Shown one piece after another: positions 57,554 to 64,000 of a DNA stretch of 64,000 nucleotides; within the stretch, counting starts at the first letter, position 1, and each line of letters begins with the position of its first letter. Under the pieces are notes generated by a model. It ran no database searches and was not told the DNA's origin. It saw only the letters and a program-made list of their open reading frames with translations. The position numbers and the translations under genes were made by a program. The stretch comes from Lacrimispora sp. (GTDB lineage: Bacteria > Bacillota > Clostridia > Lachnospirales > Lachnospiraceae), in contig NZ_JASGFH010000021.1 of NCBI RefSeq assembly GCF_047605665.1, forward strand, positions 14,790 to 78,789, in the 5' to 3' direction.

Positions 57554-58438
57554 TTATACTTTCTCGCTGATCTTCTTGCCCAAAATTCCGGTGGGCTTCA
57601 CAAGAAGGACCACAATGAGGACTCCAAATACGATGGCATCGGAAAGCTGGGAGGAAATATAAGCCTTGCTTAAGTTTTCAATGACACCCAGTAAAATGCC
57701 TCCGATAAAAGCTCCGGGAATGGAGCCGATTCCCCCAAATACAGCAGCCACAAACGCCTTGATTCCAGGCATGGCACCGGTATAGGGAGTGAGAGTCGGG
57801 TATGCGGAGCAAAGAAGAGCGCCGGCAATAGCAGCCAGTGCGGAGCCAATGGCAAAGGTAAGGGCAATGGTGCCATCCACATTGATTCCCATTAACTGAG
57901 CAGCCCCTTTGTCCTCTGATACGGCCAGCATGGCCTGTCCTGCCCTGGTCTTCTTAATAAAAGAAGTCAGAACCACCATAATGATGATACAACTGGTAAT
58001 GGTCACCATGGTTTCGCCGGAAATCGTCAGCTTGCCTCCCATCAGCTTGAGAGCCGGAATGGATACAACGGAAGTAAAGGACTTTGGATTGGAACCAAAA
58101 ACAAGCAGTGCGATGTTCTGAAGCAGGTAGCTCACACCGATTGCCGTAATCAGAACTGCCAAAGGACTTGCCATACGCAAAGGACGGTAAGCCACGCCCT
58201 CAATGACCATGCCCAAAACAGTACATAAGATAACTGCAAAAAGTATGCCGGCAACTGGTCCTAAGCCCATTGTGCTGACAACTGTGAACACCATGTATCC
58301 CCCAATCATAATAACATCGCCATGAGCAAAGTTAAGCATCTTGGCAATGCCATATACCATGGTATAACCCAATGCAATGATCGCATAAACACTGCCAAGA
58401 CTTACACCATTAATAAAATAGGATATGAAACTCATCAT
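57554..58438 (-). CDS. livH: branched-chain amino acid ABC transporter permease (start moved to 58438)
   Basis: NGVSLGSVYAIIALGYTMVYG, NFAHGD, KAFVAAVFGG; GAGGTG SD. Confidence 0.88.
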   Translation of the reverse strand: MMSFISYFINGVSLGSVYAIIALGYTMVYGIAKMLNFAHGDVIMIGGYMVFTVVSTMGLGPVAGILFAVILCTVLGMVIEGVAYRPLRMASPLAVLITAIGVSYLLQNIALLVFGSNPKSFTSVVSIPALKLMGGKLTISGETMVTITSCIIIMVVLTSFIKKTRAGQAMLAVSEDKGAAQLMGINVDGTIALTFAIGSALAAIAGALLCSAYPTLTPYTGAMPGIKAFVAAVFGGIGSIPGAFIGGILLGVIENLSKAYISSQLSDAIVFGVLIVVLLVKPTGILGKKISEKV

Positions 58439-58474
58439 ATCAACGCACCTCATTCGTTTTTTGTAAGGAAAATA

Positions 58475-58501
58475 AGAGGGTCGTCCTTTGGACGACCCTC
58501 T
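58475..58501 (-). terminator. perfect 12-bp hairpin between binding-protein and permease genes (partial terminator or stabiliser)
   Basis: AGAGGGTCGTCC-TTT-GGACGACCCTCT followed by TATTTT on minus strand. Confidence 0.7.
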
Positions 58502-58517
58502 GTTGGGTCATATTATA

Positions 58518-59738
58518 TTACATAGCTGTGTAAACACCGTTTACGATCTTAACAGCCTTTGGAGCTTTCTCCGGCTCACCGTCTGCAGTCCACTTCATGT
58601 TTTCACCGGTCAATCCGTTGATGCTGATTTCTGTCATAGCAGTCTTTAAAGCTTCACAGATGGTAGATGCATCCATGTCTGCCGTGATTCCAGCTTTTTC
58701 AGCAGCAGCCTTTACTGCGTAAACAGCGTCATAGCCGTCTGCAGCAAACTGGTTGGGGATCTCGTTGTGCTTTGCCTTGTAAGCTTCCACAAATTTCTTT
58801 GTCAGCTCATCTTCTGCGTCTGCAGCAAACGGAGTGAGAAGCATAACGTTCTCAGCTAAAGCGGTGTCGAAGTTTTCTACAGTCAGAAGTCCATCCAGAC
58901 CGTCACAGCCAAAGAACTGTGTTGCAAATCCCATCTGATCTGCCTGAGCAAGGATTAAAGCTGCCTGTGAATAGTAAATTGGAAGGAATACAAGCTCTGC
59001 GCCGGAATCCTGTGCCTTCTGAAGCTGTACGGAGAAGTTTGTGTTGTTATCTGCTGTGAAAGCTTCGTCAGAAACGATCTCAAGTCCCTGATTTCCAGCT
59101 TCAGATACAAACTTATCATGAATACCTGATGAATAAACATCAGAGCTGTCATAAATAATAGCAACCTTGGTAGCCAGCTTGTTCTCGCCGATGTACTGTG
59201 CAGATGCTACACCCTGGTTAGGGTCAGAAAAACATACGCGGAACTGATTTTCAAATTTGGTACAGTCTGCTGCGGAACCGGAAGGAGTCAGCTGGAACAT
59301 GTTGTCGTTGCTGGTCTCTGCGCCCACTGCAATGGTAGGAGCGGAAGTAACAGCACCGATCAGCATCTGCATACCCCAGTCCTTTAAGGTGTTGTAAGCA
59401 TTAACTGCCTTTTCCGTATCGTGCTCATCATCCTGGAAGTTGTACTCGATCTGGACACCGTTGATGCCGCCGTTTGCATTGATCTCGCTTACGGCCAAAT
59501 CCATACCGTTCATAACTGCCTGTCCATAGATAGCTGCGCCGCCTGTAACAGGTCCGATGCCGCCGATCTTAAAAGAACCTTCTCCTGAGGCACCCGCTGC
59601 TGTGCTTTCTCCTGTTGCAGCCTTTGTCTCCGCTGCTGTTGTGCCGCTGGGTGAAGCATTGCCGCCACAGGCAGTCAAAGATGCTGCCATGGCAACTGCC
59701 ATACCAAGACTCAGCAGTTTTTTCATAGATTTTTTCAT
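58518..59738 (-). CDS. branched-chain amino acid ABC transporter substrate-binding lipoprotein, LivJ/LivK-like (start moved to MKKSMKK)
   Basis: LTAC lipobox, IGPVTGGAAIYG, INANGGING, FRVCFSD, YDAVY; AAGGAGG SD. Confidence 0.88.
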   Translation of the reverse strand: MKKSMKKLLSLGMAVAMAASLTACGGNASPSGTTAAETKAATGESTAAGASGEGSFKIGGIGPVTGGAAIYGQAVMNGMDLAVSEINANGGINGVQIEYNFQDDEHDTEKAVNAYNTLKDWGMQMLIGAVTSAPTIAVGAETSNDNMFQLTPSGSAADCTKFENQFRVCFSDPNQGVASAQYIGENKLATKVAIIYDSSDVYSSGIHDKFVSEAGNQGLEIVSDEAFTADNNTNFSVQLQKAQDSGAELVFLPIYYSQAALILAQADQMGFATQFFGCDGLDGLLTVENFDTALAENVMLLTPFAADAEDELTKKFVEAYKAKHNEIPNQFAADGYDAVYAVKAAAEKAGITADMDASTICEALKTAMTEISINGLTGENMKWTADGEPEKAPKAVKIVNGVYTAM

Positions 59739-59822
59739 AAATCTTTCCTCCTTATAAAGCATTTTCACATATTCCGTCAAATCAAAAGCAAATTCAGCCC
59801 TTTTGACGTATACATAGTCTTA

Positions 59823-59868
59823 ATAATAAAGTGGCTTTATAAAAATGTCAACTAATTTTAATACAATT
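59823..59868 (-). promoter_or_regulatory. sigma-A promoter with adjacent CodY-box-like site
   Basis: TTGACA-17 bp-TATTAT; AATTTTAATACAATT (59854-59868) is 3 mismatches from AATTTTCWGAAAATT. Confidence 0.6.
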
Positions 59869-59883
59869 CTCAAAAAAAATCAT

Positions 59884-60903
59884 CTATTCTCCTGCTTTGT
59901 CCCATGGAATAAGTGAGCTTTCTATGGTCTTATCCCGCAGCATTAAATCCTTTACTGCCTCAGAAGCAGGCTTCCCATTGAATAAGACTTCATTCACCTG
60001 TTCCACAATGGGCATGGAGACTTCATATTTTTCCGACAGGGCAAGAGCAGCCCTGGCAGAATAGATGCCTTCTACCACCATTTTCACTTCCTTTGTGGCT
60101 TCCTCCATGGTCTTTCCCTGGCCGATCAAAATGCCTGCCCTTCGGTTGCGGCTGTGCATGCTGGCGCAGGTTACGATTAAGTCTCCGATGCCGGACAAGC
60201 CGTAAAAGGTCTGGAATTTTCCTCCCATGGTAGTTCCAAGCCGGGAAATTTCAGCGATGCCTCTGGTGATTAAAGCTGCCTTTGTATTGTCCCCGCAGCC
60301 TAAACCGTCTGCAATTCCCGCAGCAAGGGCGATGACGTTCTTTAAAGAACTTCCCAGCTCAATTCCCAGTATATCCGGGCTTGTATAGACCCTGAAAACA
60401 TCCTTCATGAAAATGCCCTGAATGTATTCTGCTGTCTTTTGGGTGCGGGCGCCTGCCACACATGTGGTAGGAAGTCCCCTGCTCACCTCTTCTGCATGGC
60501 TGGGGCCGGAAAGCACCGCCACATCAGCCATGGGAAGCTCCTGCTCCAGAATCTCAGACAGAGTCATCAGAGTGGACTCTTCAATTCCCTTGGCAACGTT
60601 GACCACCACCTGCCCATAGCGGCAGTAGGGATTCATCCTCTTTGCGGTGGAACGCACGTACACGGAAGGAACTGCAGTTACCAGAATATCCCGGCCTGTC
60701 ATGGTCTCTTCCAGATTCTCCGTAAGCTCGATACCCTCAGCCAGAACCAGGCCCGGAAGGTTTTGATGCCCGCGGGTTTTTTTCATCTCTGAAATCTCTT
60801 CAGGAATGGCAGACCAGACTGTCACTTCATGTCCGTTTTCATGCAAAAGCACTGCCAGGGCAACTCCCCAGGTTCCTGAACCAATCACTCCAACTTTAGC
60901 CAT
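59884..60903 (-). CDS. gpsA: NAD(P)H-dependent glycerol-3-phosphate dehydrogenase (start moved to MAKVGV)
   Basis: IGSGTWG, LSGPSHAEEV, LKNVIALAAG, GIGDLIVTC, SRNR, VVEG. Confidence 0.95.
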   Translation of the reverse strand: MAKVGVIGSGTWGVALAVLLHENGHEVTVWSAIPEEISEMKKTRGHQNLPGLVLAEGIELTENLEETMTGRDILVTAVPSVYVRSTAKRMNPYCRYGQVVVNVAKGIEESTLMTLSEILEQELPMADVAVLSGPSHAEEVSRGLPTTCVAGARTQKTAEYIQGIFMKDVFRVYTSPDILGIELGSSLKNVIALAAGIADGLGCGDNTKAALITRGIAEISRLGTTMGGKFQTFYGLSGIGDLIVTCASMHSRNRRAGILIGQGKTMEEATKEVKMVVEGIYSARAALALSEKYEVSMPIVEQVNEVLFNGKPASEAVKDLMLRDKTIESSLIPWDKAGE

Positions 60904-60922
60904 TTGCTTCACCTCATCTCTT

Positions 60923-61567
60923 TCAGCCTTTTTTTCCTGATCCAACAGAAAGCTTGTTTTCCGTTCCATGCATCAGCCTGCCTATATTGGCCCGATGGCG
61001 CCAGAATGCCTGGCCGCTTATAAGCCCTGCCATTATGTAAAATTCCGGCCGCAGGACAGGGGGAACTTCATAGATCCCCATTGCCGCGAACAGAACCAGC
61101 CATACAAAGAGAATGGTTGCAACCACCAGAGAGCCTAAGGACACGTATCTGGTTACGCCTACGATCAGCACAAAGGTCACGAGACATAACAGCATAAGCC
61201 ATAAATCCAGAGCCACAATCAGGCCTGCCGTAGCTGCAATGCCCTTTCCTCCTTTAAAGCTTAAATAAAACGGATAATTATGCCCTAAAATAACGCCGAA
61301 ACCCGTATACAGAATCAGAAGATAAATCATAGCCGGCTGCTCCCGGAAAATAAGCCGTATCGCCATACAGGGCAGAAAGGCTTTTAAAAAATCGCCGAGA
61401 AAGACGACAGCTCCGGCCTTTGCCCCCATGACCCTTAAGGCGTTGGTGGTGCCGGAATTTCCGCTTCCATGATTGCGGATATCGATTTTATGGGCTCTTC
61501 CGTAAAAATATCCGGATTGTATAAGGCCGAACAAATAACCGGCTAACAGACAAATGATCCTCTCCAT
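60923..61567 (-). CDS. plsY: glycerol-3-phosphate acyltransferase PlsY
   Basis: DIRNHGSGNSGTTNALR, DFLK, GHNYP, FKGGKGIAA, RHRANI. Confidence 0.94.
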   Translation of the reverse strand: MERIICLLAGYLFGLIQSGYFYGRAHKIDIRNHGSGNSGTTNALRVMGAKAGAVVFLGDFLKAFLPCMAIRLIFREQPAMIYLLILYTGFGVILGHNYPFYLSFKGGKGIAATAGLIVALDLWLMLLCLVTFVLIVGVTRYVSLGSLVVATILFVWLVLFAAMGIYEVPPVLRPEFYIMAGLISGQAFWRHRANIGRLMHGTENKLSVGSGKKG

Positions 61568-61569
61568 AA

Positions 61570-62898
61570 TTATGTTTCCTTTCCGCTCCGTTCTCTATAT
61601 ATAAATTTAAGGGAAGTGCCTCTAAAGCCAAACGCACTTCTGATCTTATTTTCAATATATCTGGTGTAAGAAAAATGGGTCAGTTCTTTATCGTTTACAA
61701 AAATAACAAACGTAGGCGGCTTTACGGCTACCTGGGTGATATAGTAAAGTCTCAGACGCTTGCCCTTGTCAGAAGGAGGCTGCTGCAGGGCAACTGCTTC
61801 CGACATGATTTCATTGAGCACTCCGGTGCCTACACGCAGGGTCTGGTTTTCTCGGACCATATCAATCAGCTCAAACAGCTTATTCATCCTCTGTCCCGTC
61901 TTGGCAGAAATGAACACGAATTCCGCATAAGGCATAAAGGATAAGGTGTCCTTGATTTTATTAGTATATTCATAAATGGTTTTGTCATGCTTTTCAATGG
62001 CGTCCCATTTATTTACGGCCACAATAATTCCTTTTCCTCTTTCATGGGCAATGCCTGCAATCTTGGCATCCTGTTCGGTGACTCCCTCCTGGGCGTCTAT
62101 GACCACGACCACCACATCGGCCCGTTCCACTGCCGTAACCGTACGGATGATGCTGTAGCGCTCCAGCTCTTCCTTGATCTTGCTCTTTCGCCTCAAGCCT
62201 GCCGTATCAATGAATACATACTCGGTGCCGTCATGGACCACCTCTGTATCCACCGCATCTCTGGTGGTTCCTGCAATATCGGAAACGATCACACGGTTTT
62301 CTCCTAAAAGCTGATTTATAATAGAAGATTTTCCTACATTGGGTTTTCCTACGATGGCAATTCTCGGCCTGTCATCCTCTTCCTCTTCAAACTGGCTCAA
62401 GTCAAAATGCTTTGCCACCTCATCGAGAAGGTCTCCAAGCCCCAGCCTGGAAGCTGCTGATACAGGGATGGGATCGCCGATTCCCAGGTTGTAAAACTCG
62501 TATACGTCATTTCCAAACTTCTGGAAGCTGTCCACTTTATTGACTGCAAGGACTACAGGCTTTTTCGATTTCCGCAGCATATCCGCCACTTTGGAATCCG
62601 CATCTACAAGGCCCTGGCGCACATCCACGATAAAGATGATCACATCTGCCGTAGCGATGGCGATCTCCGCCTGCTCCCTCATCTGTGACAGGATGATGTC
62701 CCCGCTGTCAGGCTCAATACCGCCTGTGTCAATCAGTGTAAAATTCATATCAAGCCAGGTACAGTCAGCATAAATCCTGTCCCTGGTAACTCCGGGAGTA
62801 TCCTTTACAATGGAAATGGTCTCCCCGGCCAAAACATTAAACAGCGTAGACTTTCCCACATTGGGGCGGCCTACGATGGCAACTACTGGTTTACTCAT
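61570..62898 (-). CDS. der: ribosome biogenesis GTPase Der/EngA (start moved to MSKPVV)
   Basis: Two G-domains GRPNVGKS / [26 protein letters not shown]-like C-terminus. Confidence 0.97.
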   Translation of the reverse strand: MSKPVVAIVGRPNVGKSTLFNVLAGETISIVKDTPGVTRDRIYADCTWLDMNFTLIDTGGIEPDSGDIILSQMREQAEIAIATADVIIFIVDVRQGLVDADSKVADMLRKSKKPVVLAVNKVDSFQKFGNDVYEFYNLGIGDPIPVSAASRLGLGDLLDEVAKHFDLSQFEEEEDDRPRIAIVGKPNVGKSSIINQLLGENRVIVSDIAGTTRDAVDTEVVHDGTEYVFIDTAGLRRKSKIKEELERYSIIRTVTAVERADVVVVVIDAQEGVTEQDAKIAGIAHERGKGIIVAVNKWDAIEKHDKTIYEYTNKIKDTLSFMPYAEFVFISAKTGQRMNKLFELIDMVRENQTLRVGTGVLNEIMSEAVALQQPPSDKGKRLRLYYITQVAVKPPTFVIFVNDKELTHFSYTRYIENKIRSAFGFRGTSLKFIYRERSGKET

Positions 62899-64000
62899 AT
62901 TGTATCTCCTTTCCTCTTTCCTGCCCGTCTTCCCGGCATAGAGGTATACCCGCAAGGGTGTTCAATTCGTATCCTTCATAAGAAACTTCGTTCTTTCCTA
63001 CCGGCCCCAAAACTGCCTGCACAAAATCCTGACCGCTTGATTTTACAATATCTACCTGTACTTGTAAAGCCTTTTGTACATCCTGACGGGTCAGATCATC
63101 AAGAAATACCTCTTCTCCGCTGCGGAACATGCACTCCGGAAGCAAAAGCCTTTGGCCCAGGGGCTGCCCGGAAAGCTGTTTGATCAAATCCTGCCCCGTA
63201 ATCAGGCCCGCTACCGTAATATGCTCTCCAAAAAACACATTTTCAATAGTATATACATGAACGCTCAGACCCGGAAACTTTTTTCGGATCAGTTCACTGT
63301 GGTTTTTAATAAATGGAGCAGCCAGTTTTCCTGTTGCAATGGAAATCTCTCCAATGCGGCTGTCTCCTTCCAGACTCTTTAAAGCAGTTTTCACTTCTTC
63401 TTCTAAAATCCGGAGCATTCCCACTCCATTTTCAAGCTGGATGTACCCGTCGTAGCGGTTCTCTTCCGGAATTGGCAGACCGGCCAGGATATAGAATTCA
63501 TCACTGGCATGGATGAAATGGCTGCCATGGGCTTCATACAGCTTTTCCTGCCACTCTTCCACGATTTTCAAACAATCCCTGGCATCCTCGGCTGTCATGG
63601 CCTCCAGGGGATATAAGCCCTCCCTGTGCTTAGACACGCCTACAGGCACCACGGAAACGCTTTCCATGAAGGGAATATACTCTGATAAGTCCCTGATGGT
63701 CCGGTCCAGCTCTTTTCCGTCATTGACTCCCTTGCACAGCACGATCTGCCCGTTCATGGGGATTTCCGCTTCGTAAAGCCTGCGAATCTTTCCCAGGGCT
63801 TCCCCTGCAAACCGGTTGTGAAGCATCTGGCATCTCAGTTCCGGGTTGGTGGTGTGGACCGATATGTTGATGGGCGCCAGTTTGAATTTAATGATGCGCT
63901 CAATATCATGGTCGCTCATATTGGTCAGAGTCACATAATTTCCCTGTAAAAAGGATAGCCTGGAATCGTCGTCCTTAAAATAAAGAGTCTCCCTCATGCC
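62891..64000 (-). CDS. DUF512 domain protein (putative Fe-S oxidoreductase); 5' end lies outside the window
   Basis: [55 protein letters not shown]; usual position before der. Confidence 0.85.
   Translation of the reverse strand, partial: GMRETLYFKDDDSRLSFLQGNYVTLTNMSDHDIERIIKFKLAPINISVHTTNPELRCQMLHNRFAGEALGKIRRLYEAEIPMNGQIVLCKGVNDGKELDRTIRDLSEYIPFMESVSVVPVGVSKHREGLYPLEAMTAEDARDCLKIVEEWQEKLYEAHGSHFIHASDEFYILAGLPIPEENRYDGYIQLENGVGMLRILEEEVKTALKSLEGDSRIGEISIATGKLAAPFIKNHSELIRKKFPGLSVHVYTIENVFFGEHITVAGLITGQDLIKQLSGQPLGQRLLLPECMFRSGEEVFLDDLTRQDVQKALQVQVDIVKSSGQDFVQAVLGPVGKNEVSYEGYELNTLAGIPLCREDGQERGKEIQYE

Noticed and set aside
1-64000. CRISPR arrays, tRNA/rRNA, IS elements, prophage or integrase
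   Set aside because: No spaced repeat arrays, RNA-gene signatures, or transposase/recombinase/phage proteins were recognised by eye. A tRNAscan/CRISPR-finder/HMM run would be needed to exclude weak cases.

Overview
Core chromosomal segment of a spore-forming Clostridia bacterium, most consistent with Lachnospiraceae (Lacrimispora/Enterocloster-like; taxon inferred from gene content and protein style, not searched). Almost all genes are on the minus strand. From the window start: a shape/division operon (DUF4321-radC-mreC-mreD-PBP2-minC-minD-minE-rodA-mgsA-D,D-carboxypeptidase) with no mreB or maf; miaB-mutS-mutL-miaA-ynbB-like; an Lsa/CplR-type ABC-F ribosome-protection gene behind a readable ribosome-dependent attenuator with a Met-Lys-stop uORF; a motA-motB pair outside any flagellar cluster; proB/proA split by two unrelated genes; flavoproteins, sporulation genes (bofC-like, SpoVB-like, yqfCD, spoIVA), phoH-ybeY, rpsU, and alaS preceded by an uncalled 49-aa membrane protein. 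A ~13 kb polysaccharide-utilisation locus follows (ABC importer, GH43, ankyrin-GH43 fusion, CE12 esterase, ABC exporter, membrane-anchored AraC sensor, serine hydrolase). Next are an LprI/DUF1311 protein, and a beta-CASP RNase-rnhA operon whose 5' region holds a four-way-junction RNA resembling the Clostridiales-1 motif. The window ends with a liv-type ABC operon, gpsA-plsY-der and a truncated DUF512 gene. No rRNA, tRNA, CRISPR array, transposase, integrase or phage gene was recognised. All calls are by eye from motifs and synteny; no database searches or folding programs were run.
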